Below the pieces are notes generated by a model. The model was given only the letters and a program-made list of their open reading frames with translations. It had not been told where the DNA came from and searched no databases. A program made the position numbers and the translations under genes. A stretch of DNA of 64,000 nucleotides from a virus (Duplodnaviria > Caudoviricetes), in the IMG/VR virus record IMGVR_UViG_3300017691_000006, positions 12,751 to 76,750 of that record; one strand, written 5' to 3'. Positions 9,497 through 18,282 of this stretch are shown in pieces (position 1 is the stretch's first letter; each line of letters opens with the position of its first letter).

Positions 9497-11184
9497 TTCG
9501 GTGGTGGCTTCTTGTCCTTAGACTTGTCCCCGCCCTGGAGCTTGGACTTCATCTGGGTTGCGAAGTTGTCCTGCTGCTGGTCGTTCTGCTCGCGCAGCCC
9601 CACGACCGTCTCGTCCGCGTTGATCTCCTTCTGACCCTCCTCGTCGTTGTAGTCGGGGGCCAGCATGTCGTTCTGCTTCAGGATGAGCAGCCACGCCGTG
9701 CGGGGGATCAAACCGTTCTGGTACCACTCGGTCGCCAGCCTCAGCCAGTCCGCGCCCTGCGGCACGGGGTTGAAGTCTGAAGACAGCTCGAAGTCGATCT
9801 CCGAGGGCTTGAGCTCCAAGTCGTAGTGCCAGTTCACCATGAAGCAGATGACCGCCCGCATGGTGTTGGAGACCTTGGTGTTCAGGGCACCCAGCTGTGC
9901 CGTCTGCGTCGCGTTCCTCAGCTCCAGCGCCACGCCAGACTGGTCGCCCGTCTCCGGGGCCAGCATGCGCACGCCTAGCTTCGCGATCTCCTCGTAACCG
10001 GCGGCGATCGCCAGCTCCATGTCCTTGAGCGCCTCGGTGGGCGTCTTGAGGACGTCTGCCGTGTCGCCCTGCTCCAGGTGGAGCCAGGTGCCGAGACCGC
10101 CCTCCACGACCTCGTCGAACTTATCGTCGGACATGTTCGAGGAGATGACGGGCGTGTAGGTCGCCGCGCCGTACATGAGGTGGTTGCGGCGGGAGATCTT
10201 GTTGTAGAGCGCGATCTCCTTGTTCACGATCGCCATGAGCATGGGCTCGTCGCGGTCGATGGAGCCGTTCAGGGGCCAGGCGGGGATGATGTCGATCTCC
10301 TCGTCCCTGATCTTGACCGGGACGGTGTCGACCAGCTGGAAGACCGGCTCTCCGCCGAACTTGACCTGCTTCTGCCCGCCGACGATCTCCACCGAGTCGG
10401 TGCTGTCGTCGACCTTGAAGATGCGCACGCGGTACTTGCCCCGCTGGTCCAGCTCGTGGACCCACACGGTGGGCACGTACTTGGGGTGGAACTCGTGCTT
10501 GTCGTTGTCGTAGACCTCGGTGTGGCCCTTGACGATGACGCGGTCCAGCACGGTCCTGCCCTTGGCGTCGGTGCGGGTGCGCGTGTTGATGACGCTCTCG
10601 CCCGCCACCAGGACGGGGTACGGCCTGGGCTCCTCGCCCTCCTCGTACTCCTCGTCCTCGCCGACCTTGGGGTAGTCCACGAACAGCCAGGGAGCGGAGG
10701 TCTGCACCTCCTCCCACAGGGCGTCGTCCAGGAAGGCTGACAGCGCGCTGTCGTCCTTGCCGAACTCGTGGATGATCCAGCGGGCGGCGTCCTCCTGCTG
10801 CTCCTGCGGCATCGAGTCCGGGAACTTGATCGTGGGCTGCTTGCGCAGGAGACCGCCGACCAAGGTCTTGGCGAACTGGGAGGTGATGCCGGGCAGCTCA
10901 GCCTCGGCCTTGTAGAAGGCGTACTGGTCCTGCCGCATGGAGGGCGAGAAGGGGATCAGCAGGTTGGTGAAGCCCACCGTGTCCAGGTGAGAGTCGTAGT
11001 CCTTGACAAACTGCTCGCCCCTGCACACGGCCCTGCTCTTGCGCCACACGCCCACCAGGGACGCGTAGGCGGCGGAGGGGTCGGCCACCGTCTTCACCGT
11101 CTCGTGGGCGTTCGACGTCACCGCCGTCGCCTGGCGAGGTGCGAAGCCAGCGCCCTTTAGGCTCTCGTAGGTGGCCTCGTCCAC
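9493..11184 (-). CDS. portal protein (DUF4055-type)
   Basis: 563 aa between terminase cluster and MuF/scaffold/capsid; TGDQSGVALELR motif typical of portals. Confidence 0.8.
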   Translation of the reverse strand: MDEATYESLKGAGFAPRQATAVTSNAHETVKTVADPSAAYASLVGVWRKSRAVCRGEQFVKDYDSHLDTVGFTNLLIPFSPSMRQDQYAFYKAEAELPGITSQFAKTLVGGLLRKQPTIKFPDSMPQEQQEDAARWIIHEFGKDDSALSAFLDDALWEEVQTSAPWLFVDYPKVGEDEEYEEGEEPRPYPVLVAGESVINTRTRTDAKGRTVLDRVIVKGHTEVYDNDKHEFHPKYVPTVWVHELDQRGKYRVRIFKVDDSTDSVEIVGGQKQVKFGGEPVFQLVDTVPVKIRDEEIDIIPAWPLNGSIDRDEPMLMAIVNKEIALYNKISRRNHLMYGAATYTPVISSNMSDDKFDEVVEGGLGTWLHLEQGDTADVLKTPTEALKDMELAIAAGYEEIAKLGVRMLAPETGDQSGVALELRNATQTAQLGALNTKVSNTMRAVICFMVNWHYDLELKPSEIDFELSSDFNPVPQGADWLRLATEWYQNGLIPRTAWLLILKQNDMLAPDYNDEEGQKEINADETVVGLREQNDQQQDNFATQMKSKLQGGDKSKDKKPPPK

Positions 11185-11187
11185 GGG

Positions 11188-11385
11188 TTAGCCCCGGAGG
11201 CGCGCGTTGAACTCTGCGCGCGTGCCCTCGAAGGTCTCGCGGGTCGAGTAGTTGGTACCCACGATCGTGTCGGGGTCGTCCTCGTGCTCGACCAGCGACC
11301 AGTCGCTCGGGCAGCGGCCCTTGAACTGCTCCACCGGCGTCTGCTCGGGGGTAACGGTCTCGGTCTTGTCGAAGATGTCGGCCAT
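11188..11385 (-). CDS. hypothetical protein
   Basis: 65 aa, RBS AAGGA upstream, typical codon bias. Confidence 0.6.
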   Translation of the reverse strand: MADIFDKTETVTPEQTPVEQFKGRCPSDWSLVEHEDDPDTIVGTNYSTRETFEGTRAEFNARLRG

Positions 11386-11400
11386 GGTATTCTTTCCTTG

Positions 11401-12639
11401 TTATGCGAAGAGTATCGTACCGACCAGCAGCGAGGCCGTGGCGGGTAGGGCGGTGTTGTCCAGGTCGGCGGGCAGGGTCGTCACGGCGTAGGTGATGCCC
11501 GTGCTGAACGCGAACCCGTACTGGTCGAAGATGTCCGCGAAGTTCACGAACCCACCGGCGGGGATGGGCAGCTGGAACAGCGGGACCGTGGTACCGAGGG
11601 TGACGCCGCCCGTTGAGGTCGCGTTGAAGAACTTCATGTACAGCGGGGCGGTGTGCGTGTTGTGGACTATGCCTCCCACGATGCGCCCGATGCTGGACTT
11701 GATGTTGTTCAGGTTCGTCGTGCTCGCGACCGTGTTGACCTTGTGGTACTGGCTGCCGTTGCTGCCCGTGGTCACGCGCGCGTCGGTGACGTTGACGTTC
11801 GTGTTGCCGCCGACCACGTTGACGGGAACGCTGGCGGCGCCGGAGGAGTTGCCTCGGCCACCGCCCACCTCGACCTGCAGCTCCTGCACGTCCATCGACA
11901 GGATGCGCTGTACGGTCAGCTGCGCGTTGGTGGTCGCCGCCGTGTTGCGCACCCAGATGAAGGGAGCGTAGCGCTTGGCGTGCGAGGGCACCATGCTGTT
12001 GATGCGGCCCACGTTGGCCGACCGTGCACCGCCGCTGTTCGCGGGGTTGTGCGAGTAGACCACGTCCTCGGGCCTGACCTCGATGGCCGACTCGATGTTG
12101 CCGTTCGAGCCGTTCTGACCTCCGAAGTTGACCTGGGTGCTGGTGGGGTTGCCTCCCGACAGCGTCTCCAGGATCGTGTTCGTGGTCGACGTGCCGTTGA
12201 GCAGCATCGCGCAGAAGTTGTTCGGGAAGTTCGTCAGGTTCGGGTTGGCGACCATGTTGCCCGCCGCGTCCACCTCCAGGTAGCCCATGCGGACCTCCTG
12301 GTTGGCGTTCCTCGCAGACAGCGACCAGGTGATGGTCAGGTTCTGCGGGATGGTGCAGATGTGCCTGCCGACCAGCAGCATCTCGTTGCCCGAGGCTGTG
12401 CCGGTGTTGATCAGCAGGGCGGAGCCGGTCTCCTGGATGGTGACGGAGCCCACGTTGCGGACCACGTTCCAGTTCTCGGCGATGGCAGCCAGGGTGGCCG
12501 CTCCGGCCGCGAGGTTGGGGCCCGAGAAGCCGTCGCTCCACTTGGTCATGGTCGTGCCGATCTGCGTGACCCGGCTCAGGTCGGGCAGCTGGACGGTGGA
12601 GTCGAGAGCCAGCCCGCCCAGGATGTTAACTAGGCTCAT
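11401..12639 (-). CDS. putative virion fibre/decoration protein, beta-rich
   Basis: 412 aa rich in G/N/T/S/V and poor in charged residues; in the late operon. Confidence 0.5.
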   Translation of the reverse strand: MSLVNILGGLALDSTVQLPDLSRVTQIGTTMTKWSDGFSGPNLAAGAATLAAIAENWNVVRNVGSVTIQETGSALLINTGTASGNEMLLVGRHICTIPQNLTITWSLSARNANQEVRMGYLEVDAAGNMVANPNLTNFPNNFCAMLLNGTSTTNTILETLSGGNPTSTQVNFGGQNGSNGNIESAIEVRPEDVVYSHNPANSGGARSANVGRINSMVPSHAKRYAPFIWVRNTAATTNAQLTVQRILSMDVQELQVEVGGGRGNSSGAASVPVNVVGGNTNVNVTDARVTTGSNGSQYHKVNTVASTTNLNNIKSSIGRIVGGIVHNTHTAPLYMKFFNATSTGGVTLGTTVPLFQLPIPAGGFVNFADIFDQYGFAFSTGITYAVTTLPADLDNTALPATASLLVGTILFA

Positions 12640-12640
12640 G

Positions 12641-12847
12641 TCAGTTGCCGTCCTCTATCCAGATGGTTACCTTGCCCGCCTGCCCGTCCACGTTGGTCTG
12701 GATCCACAGGTAGGGCTGCGTCTGCCCGGTGGGCTGCGCGTCGCTGATGAACACGTTGTTCAGCAGCTTGAAGTTGGCGTCGAGCTCGCCGAAGGTCAGC
12801 GGACCTCCCTTCGTGGCCCGTAGCGTGGGGTACTGTGCTAGTGCCAT
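12641..12847 (-). CDS. small putative virion protein with fibre N-terminal-like motif
   Basis: LRATKGGPLTFGELDANF resembles the LRxxKGxPLTxxExDxNF motif at the start of many phage fibre proteins. Confidence 0.5.
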   Translation of the reverse strand: MALAQYPTLRATKGGPLTFGELDANFKLLNNVFISDAQPTGQTQPYLWIQTNVDGQAGKVTIWIEDGN

Positions 12848-12850
12848 GCG

Positions 12851-13048
12851 TCAGGTGCTCGCGTAGTTGTTGGGGAGCCAGTAGTTGAAGCCCACGTACA
12901 GCGCGTTGTTGGGGGCCGGCCTGTCCCAGAAGCCGTTCTCCGTGTGGTAGCCGCCCTCCTCCACGTCGGGTGCGACGGTCACCGCCAGCGGCGTGGGGAA
13001 GCCGTAGGTCTCCAGCGGCTCGGGCGATCCCTTGGTCTTGATCGCCAC
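12851..13048 (-). CDS. hypothetical protein (late operon)
   Basis: 65 aa ORF with typical codon bias. Confidence 0.55.
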   Translation of the reverse strand: MAIKTKGSPEPLETYGFPTPLAVTVAPDVEEGGYHTENGFWDRPAPNNALYVGFNYWLPNNYAST

Positions 13049-13051
13049 GGC

Positions 13052-13636
13052 TCAGGTCACGCCGTCGGTGGGCGAGAACTGCAGCTCCACCATGCCTCGC
13101 ACCGGCTTCCAGGTCTGCTGGTACGCGCCGAGGGTCTCGGAGCAGCGCAGCTCGAAGAAGCCGTACACGTGGTTGGCGGTGGAGGGCTTCTGCGCCCAGT
13201 CGCTCCCCAGCGCCGAGGGGAAGCGTACGTAGATGCGCTGCAGCGTCGTGGGTCGCCACAGGTTGGGCAGCGAGGTGGGCGGCGTCGTGGACTGGTACTG
13301 CGCGCCCTGGTAGAGCTCGTAGTAGCCTCCCTGGTACGCCACCAGGTCTCCCCTGCTGTAGTTGGTGGTGCCCGACCAGTTGCCCATGTTCGGGGGAACT
13401 CGGGTGGTCAGCACGGTGGTCTTGCCCCCAGCCAGCACGTTGCCGGGAGGGGAGTCCTGGTTGGCCACGTTCTGAGCCTCCACGACCACGGCCCTCAGCG
13501 TCAGCTGCGCGGCGTCGTTGTAGAAGTTCAGGTCGACCGGGTACTCGATCTGCTCGCCCTTGACGAAGGAGAACAGGACCGAGCCGGCGTCCGTGATCGG
13601 GTCCAGGCTGGGGTCCGTTATCTTAGCTCGCGCCAT
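13052..13636 (-). CDS. putative virion protein with a CBM5/12-like carbohydrate-binding motif
   Basis: WSGTTNYSRGDLVAYQGGYYEL matches the W..Y..GD.V.Y.G..Y pattern. Confidence 0.55.
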   Translation of the reverse strand: MARAKITDPSLDPITDAGSVLFSFVKGEQIEYPVDLNFYNDAAQLTLRAVVVEAQNVANQDSPPGNVLAGGKTTVLTTRVPPNMGNWSGTTNYSRGDLVAYQGGYYELYQGAQYQSTTPPTSLPNLWRPTTLQRIYVRFPSALGSDWAQKPSTANHVYGFFELRCSETLGAYQQTWKPVRGMVELQFSPTDGVT

Positions 13637-14033
13637 AGGCCCTCACCACGTTGTTGATGTCCAGGCCGGTGTGCGACCCGTCCACCCTCTGCTCGGCCTC
13701 GTGTTGGCGTCGCTTGATGGCGTTCGTGTGCTCCAGCGTGAAGTCGTAGATCAGGAGCACCATCTGCGCCCCCAGGTCCACGAGGTTGCCGTTCATGAGC
13801 CTGACCGGGTGCGACCAGGTCTTGCTGTCACCGGCTCTGATGGCGCCCACCGCTCCCCGGTACAGGTCGAGCTGACCCTCCCTGTCCAGGCATATGTCCC
13901 CGTAGGGGGAGTCGTAGGAGCCGTAGGTCTGCGTCAGGAAGTGCGCCCTGAGGCGGGCCTTAGCGTCAGCTCGGAGCATGGGCAGGTCGTCCAGCTCCGG
14001 GAATAGGCTGTACTGCATCTCACCTCCTGTCAC
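13623..14033 (-). CDS. hypothetical protein
   Basis: 136 aa GTG-start ORF filling the gap; typical codon bias. Confidence 0.55.
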   Translation of the reverse strand: MTGGEMQYSLFPELDDLPMLRADAKARLRAHFLTQTYGSYDSPYGDICLDREGQLDLYRGAVGAIRAGDSKTWSHPVRLMNGNLVDLGAQMVLLIYDFTLEHTNAIKRRQHEAEQRVDGSHTGLDINNVVRAYGAS

Positions 14034-14034
14034 T

Positions 14035-14361
14035 TTACTTGTCCTGCTTCTTGTCCAGCTTCCCGTCGATGCGCTCGAGGGTGGTGGCCACGCCGGCGAA
14101 CAGCTCCTTGAGCTCCGCCTTGGTGACGTACTGCTTCGCGAGCAGGACCTCCAGCGAGGAGAGGCGTGCCAGCTGGGCCAGCACCTCGTCCTGTGCCTTG
14201 TCGATCGTCGTCTTGGGCACGTATGTCTGGGCGACGTGGAGCTCGAGCTTGTCGACCTTCTCCTTCGTCGCCCTCAGGTCGGCCCACACCGTCTTGACCC
14301 ACCAGCTGAGCATGGTGATCACGATGGTGAGGACCAGACCGAGTACTTTCTCTAGGTCCAT
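14035..14361 (-). CDS. single-TM coiled-coil protein (MDLEKVLGLVLTIV...)
   Basis: ATG at 14361 overlaps terL stop (ATGA); N-terminal hydrophobic helix; internally repeated xxxYVxK motif. Confidence 0.65.
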   Translation of the reverse strand: MDLEKVLGLVLTIVITMLSWWVKTVWADLRATKEKVDKLELHVAQTYVPKTTIDKAQDEVLAQLARLSSLEVLLAKQYVTKAELKELFAGVATTLERIDGKLDKKQDK

Positions 14362-15716
14362 CAGAAGTTGAATCCCCTGGCCGTAGCCTTCTTGGCGCTC
14401 CTTATCGGCGCAAGGTAATCTGCTGCATACCGGACACCGTCGGAGTGATGCTCCACGCCCTCGCTCTTGTCGATGGTCGCCGTGTTCGGGTTGTTGTCCA
14501 CCCACTTGGTGCGCTCCATCGAGGTGATGGTGTTCTTGCAGCGCGGGTGGAAGTACATGGAGACCTTCCCGTCGGCCGTCTTGAGCGCCGCGTTGACCGC
14601 GTTGACGCTGTCGACCATGGGAGGGGCCTTGCTGTGCGCCAGGCAGCGTATGCCGTGGCTCTCCAGGATGGCGAAGTCGGTGACGCCCACCGTGGCCGAG
14701 GTCTTGCGCGCCCTGCCGCTCGGGTCGGGGTACGCGAAGATCCTGTGACCCCTGTACCGCGTCTTGAGCGCGATGGCCAGGGTCTCGGTGTCGGGGTGGC
14801 CGTGCATCTCGTCCAGGAAGTGGAACACCTTGCCCCTGCGGGCGAAGATGCTGGACGCCTGGATGCCGACGTTGAAGTCGATCGCCACGTGCACGTCCTC
14901 TCCGTCCACCTTCGTGGGGGAGGAGGGCTTGGCGAAGTCGGGCAGGTCGTGGACCACGTGCTCCTTGCGGTCGAAGCAGTAGAACACGTTGTTGCCCGAG
15001 TCCTTGAACTGAGCCAGGTACTCGGCGGCGAACGACCTGTCGTCCACCGTCGCCCTCAGCGCCTCTATCTCCTTGGGGTCCAGGTAGGGCGAGCCCAGGT
15101 AGTCGTAGTGGTACGACTTCCAGTTCTCGGGGTCCAGGTCCTGCATGTTGTACAGGTCGTAGAAGAAGTCGTAGCCGTTCGGTGTCGAGGCTATCAGCGC
15201 CCTGCCCGGCGACCTCGCGCCGTAGCGCCTGGCGTTCTCGGGGCTCCAGCGGGTCGAGATGCAGGGCCGGATGACGCTGTCCCAGGCCTTCTTCGGCTCG
15301 ATGCCCCTCGTGCAGGTCGTCACCTCGTCCCAGGCCACGAAGTAGTAGCCCTTGCCGCGCATTCGCTCGACCGCCTCGTAGGACAGCAGCCTGAGCTCCA
15401 CGTTGTTGGGCATGACGAACCTCGCCTGGTCCTGGGAGGACTTGATGGCGTACTGCTCGAAGCCCATGTCGTAGGCCAGCACGGGGTAGTAGATGTCCGT
15501 CACCTGGTCGTAGGTCGGGGCCACGATGGCGACGCGCTTGTTGGGCACCCAGGCGGGCAGCTCCATCAGCTCGAAGGTCGCGGTGGCGGCGGCGGTCGCC
15601 AGGAAGTAGCTCTTGCCCCAGCCGCGCGCGCAGCACACCGTGATGAAGCGGTGCTTGAGGTCGATGAACATGTCCTCGTAGGCCTCGGTCTGGCCCTCGT
15701 GCAGGTGTATCGCCAC
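14361..15716 (-). CDS. terL: terminase large subunit
   Basis: Walker A CARGWGKS, Walker B FVAWDE, IASTPNG motif, RNase H-like VAIDFN and C-terminal HHSDGVRY. Confidence 0.93.
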   Translation of the reverse strand: MAIHLHEGQTEAYEDMFIDLKHRFITVCCARGWGKSYFLATAAATATFELMELPAWVPNKRVAIVAPTYDQVTDIYYPVLAYDMGFEQYAIKSSQDQARFVMPNNVELRLLSYEAVERMRGKGYYFVAWDEVTTCTRGIEPKKAWDSVIRPCISTRWSPENARRYGARSPGRALIASTPNGYDFFYDLYNMQDLDPENWKSYHYDYLGSPYLDPKEIEALRATVDDRSFAAEYLAQFKDSGNNVFYCFDRKEHVVHDLPDFAKPSSPTKVDGEDVHVAIDFNVGIQASSIFARRGKVFHFLDEMHGHPDTETLAIALKTRYRGHRIFAYPDPSGRARKTSATVGVTDFAILESHGIRCLAHSKAPPMVDSVNAVNAALKTADGKVSMYFHPRCKNTITSMERTKWVDNNPNTATIDKSEGVEHHSDGVRYAADYLAPIRSAKKATARGFNF

Positions 15717-15717
15717 C

Positions 15718-15819
15718 TCAGTCGCTCGCGAACAGCAGGTACAGCAGGAACACCAGCAGGGCCAGCGGGTAGTGGGTGAACAGCATGCAGAACAGCACGA
15801 CCATGAGCACCGTGTCCAT
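15718..15819 (-). CDS. 33-aa hydrophobic micropeptide (MDTVLMVVLFCMLF...)
   Basis: ATG at 15819 after GAGGA; almost entirely hydrophobic. Confidence 0.5.
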   Translation of the reverse strand: MDTVLMVVLFCMLFTHYPLALLVFLLYLLFASD

Positions 15820-15953
15820 TACTCTATATCCTCTTGTATGTGGTTGTCCAGCGGGACGTAGAGCACGTCGTCGTCCCTGAGCTGGAAGGGGTAGCAGTCG
15901 CGAGGGGCGTCGGCCACGGGCACCCAGCAGGTACCCTCCAGCGCGTAGGTCAT
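15819..15953 (-). CDS. 44-aa hypothetical protein (MTYALEGTCW...)
   Basis: ATG overlaps stop of upstream gene (ATGA) after GGAGG; below the ORF-track cutoff. Confidence 0.5.
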   Translation of the reverse strand: MTYALEGTCWVPVADAPRDCYPFQLRDDDVLYVPLDNHIQEDIE

Positions 15954-16390
15954 CCCTCCACCACCTGATCGTCCTCCTCGCGGTCACCCGTGTGGTAGAC
16001 GGCTCCCTTCTTCGTGGTGTGAACGACGAACGCGGGCATCCTCTTGTCCTCCACCACCGTGGTCTCGGGAACGCGACCGTACCCGTACCTCAGCAGCTTG
16101 TCGCTGATGTTCATCTTCTTGTCCAGCAGCTTGTCCAGGTTGTCCGGGTACCACGCCATCTCCAGACCCTTGGTCGTGAAGCGGATGATCTCCCTGTCCC
16201 TGTACTTGTACTCTAGTTGGATCAGCGCCTCGACCTCACGGTACAGCACCACCAGCTCCTGTATGGGGTCGAAGCTGAGCTGAGCCAGTCGTTCCTTGGA
16301 GCGGGCAGACCCAGCGTGCATACGCTTCTGGGCTGTCAGCTGGTTGTCGTGAAGGCGAGGTTGCTCGATCACGCGCTTTGCGTCTGTCAC
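15950..16390 (-). CDS. putative terminase small subunit
   Basis: 146 aa helical protein, first gene of late operon, shortly upstream of terL. Confidence 0.55.
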   Translation of the reverse strand: MTDAKRVIEQPRLHDNQLTAQKRMHAGSARSKERLAQLSFDPIQELVVLYREVEALIQLEYKYRDREIIRFTTKGLEMAWYPDNLDKLLDKKMNISDKLLRYGYGRVPETTVVEDKRMPAFVVHTTKKGAVYHTGDREEDDQVVEG

Positions 16391-16698
16391 GGCTACACCT
16401 CTGAGACTGCGGGCACAAAACTCCTTGAGAGCGCATCCCCGCTGTGTTAGTATCGTTAATCTAACGGCCTCGGTGCAAGCCGCGTGTGGCTGACCCCAGC
16501 GTGCGGTCCCGTCGCTCTCCTCCCTATGTACGATCCGTGGACCCTCTCGGGTACGATCCCTCAGCGAGAGGGTGCTGACCCAGGGTACCCTCCCCTAGCC
16601 TCCTCTATCAGTATATAGATATATTATATATTTGTTATACCCTATACCTACCCTACCCAGAGGGGGATAGAGGGGCCTTACGGCCGGGAGGCGGCTCA

Positions 16699-16718
16699 GG
16701 GTTAATTTAACGGGTTGG
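16699..16718 (-). promoter_or_regulatory. class A conserved motif, copy 2
   Basis: GGGTTAATTTAACGGGTTGG on plus strand, at the head of the terminase/late operon. Confidence 0.8.
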
Positions 16719-16765
16719 GCCCTAAGGCGCGAGGTTGACAGTGCGTTGCTCTGAGGTATATAGCC

Positions 16766-16845
16766 AAAAAATAAATAAGGTAGGAGCCCCTCCGGGCACA
16801 CCATTCCAGCCCGCGAGGGACCAGAACGATGTGCCCGGAGGGGCT
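16766..16845 (-). terminator. long hairpin followed by a U-rich tract, ending the accessory operon
   Basis: Perfect 16-bp inverted repeat 16785-16800/16830-16845, then TTATTTATTTTTT on the minus strand. Confidence 0.65.
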
Positions 16846-16849
16846 GAGG

Positions 16850-17089
16850 TCAGATCATAGAGTGGTAGGTGCCCACCAAGCAGCCTAGGAAGCCCTTGAC
16901 GAAGTCCTCGTTGACGCTGAAGCCGTTGGTGTCGGCCGACTTGGCGTAGAAGCTGCAGTCGGTGCCGTGCCAGACGCACTCCACGGATACTTGGCCGTTG
17001 GGGCTGCTGATCTTGTAGCGACCAGGCGCCTTGCGACCGTTCTCCAGCCAGTTGTTCATGGCGTGGAGCTTGATGTCGTTAAGCCTCAC
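16850..17089 (-). CDS. hypothetical protein
   Basis: 79 aa GTG-start ORF, coupled to upstream gene. Confidence 0.55.
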   Translation of the reverse strand: MRLNDIKLHAMNNWLENGRKAPGRYKISSPNGQVSVECVWHGTDCSFYAKSADTNGFSVNEDFVKGFLGCLVGTYHSMI

Positions 17090-17256
17090 CGCAGCTCCAC
17101 CTTAACGCAGCCGTAGCGCTTGTAGTTGCGCGCGGCCGTGTAGATGGTCTTGAACAGGCTGTTGCCGTCGTACAGCTTCTCGTAGTGGTAGATGCCCTCG
17201 GGCCAGAGCGTCGTCTTCTCGTCTGTCCAGCCCCACACCTGGTGCTTCCAGCCCAT
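17086..17256 (-). CDS. hypothetical protein (MGWKHQVWGW...)
   Basis: ATG at 17256 overlaps upstream stop. Confidence 0.55.
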   Translation of the reverse strand: MGWKHQVWGWTDEKTTLWPEGIYHYEKLYDGNSLFKTIYTAARNYKRYGCVKVELR

Positions 17257-17714
17257 CAGTGACCTCCCGCGGTCAGCAGCTCGAGCCGCTCGTCGAGAGC
17301 CCACTCGTACAGTCGCATGGCGTCCGCCTGGCGCTCCATCAGCATCTGCATCTCGCCGCTCACGAGGGTCTCGGCCTTGGTGGCCAGGAACTCCTCCAGG
17401 CGCTTGATGTTTTCTCGCAGCGCTGTTTGTTCGTCGTGGACCCGCTCGTAGAACGTGGTCTCGGCCTTCTCCGAGAACAGCTTGTCGAACAGGGCTCGGG
17501 CGAACACGGCGAGCGACTCGTCGGGCAGCTTGACGATCATGTCGCCGTCCTTGACGCGGGCGCCCTTGAGGAAGGTGTGGCCCTCGTCGTTCAACGTGAG
17601 CTCCTTCGCTACGACGGCCTGGATGACCCAGCGAGGGAGGGCGATGGTGTCCTCGCCGAAGTTGTCTCGGTGCTCGAAGGCTTCGACCTCGGTCTGGTTC
17701 AGCAGGTACTTCAT
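17256..17714 (-). CDS. hypothetical protein with crAss001_48-like C-terminal helix pair
   Basis: ERVHDEQTALRENIKRLEEFL...LMERQADAMRLYEWALDERL pattern recognised by eye. Confidence 0.5.
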   Translation of the reverse strand: MKYLLNQTEVEAFEHRDNFGEDTIALPRWVIQAVVAKELTLNDEGHTFLKGARVKDGDMIVKLPDESLAVFARALFDKLFSEKAETTFYERVHDEQTALRENIKRLEEFLATKAETLVSGEMQMLMERQADAMRLYEWALDERLELLTAGGH

Positions 17715-17724
17715 TGTTTTCTCC

Positions 17725-17946
17725 TCAGTTCACGAACGGGTGCCGCAGGCGACCCTCCTTGTCGAAGCAGAGCTTGCTCGGGCTGCCCTTACCGTTGTAC
17801 ACGATCTCGCCGCCCAGTTTCAGACAGTTGGTGTTCCACTGCACTCGGCGGCGCTCCTCCTCCTTGATCTGCTTCTCCCAATCGGCACAGCCGACCGTGA
17901 CGAAGCTACATGCAAGGACGAGGGCGAACGTCAGCAGCTGGCGCAT
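17725..17946 (-). CDS. putative lipoprotein
   Basis: Hydrophobic signal then VTVGC lipobox-like; two further Cys. Confidence 0.55.
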   Translation of the reverse strand: MRQLLTFALVLACSFVTVGCADWEKQIKEEERRRVQWNTNCLKLGGEIVYNGKGSPSKLCFDKEGRLRHPFVN

Positions 17947-18151
17947 CCAGCATCTCCTTCTTGTTGGTTGCCATGCGAACGAACTCGAGCAGGTGGTCCC
18001 TGTCGCAGTACTCGTTGCCCGTGTACCTGCACTTGTACAGCTTGTAGACCCCGAGACCGATCTCCCAGGCGATGACCTGGGCCATCGTGATCTCCGAGGC
18101 TGTCAGCTTGAGGTTGTCGAACTCCTGCTTGCTGCGGAATACGTAGATCAA
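17906..18151 (-). CDS. hypothetical protein
   Basis: Probable TTG start at 18151 after GAGG; typical codon bias. Confidence 0.5.
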   Translation of the reverse strand: MIYVFRSKQEFDNLKLTASEITMAQVIAWEIGLGVYKLYKCRYTGNEYCDRDHLLEFVRMATNKKEMLDAPAADVRPRPCM

Positions 18152-18282
18152 TGGATCACCTCGTCTGCCAGGTAGCACATGCCGACGATCGTGACGGCTA
18201 GGAGCGCCATGACCAGCCCGACGAAGATCATGATCTCCATGAAGTGAGCCGTAGCGTAGATTATCTCGAGTAGTTTCGACAT
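18148..18282 (-). CDS. 44-aa membrane micropeptide (MSKLLEIIYATAHF...)
   Basis: Read manually; one hydrophobic helix; not in ORF track. Confidence 0.5.
   Translation of the reverse strand: MSKLLEIIYATAHFMEIMIFVGLVMALLAVTIVGMCYLADEVIH

Noticed and set aside
12641-13636. Three in-frame ORFs separated only by ACC-TGA plus one codon, suggesting UGA read-through aided by the phage tRNA-Trp
   Set aside because: The same stop+3 nt+start geometry occurs at 11184/11188, 44682/44686 and 50238/50242 where fusion is implausible; the tRNA has normal G24 and a 5-bp anticodon stem, so no suppressor features
10898-15636. Long alternative-frame minus-strand ORFs (10898..12541, most of 14035..15636)
   Set aside because: Arg/Pro/Gly-rich shifted frames of real genes; only 14035..14361 is a credible CDS
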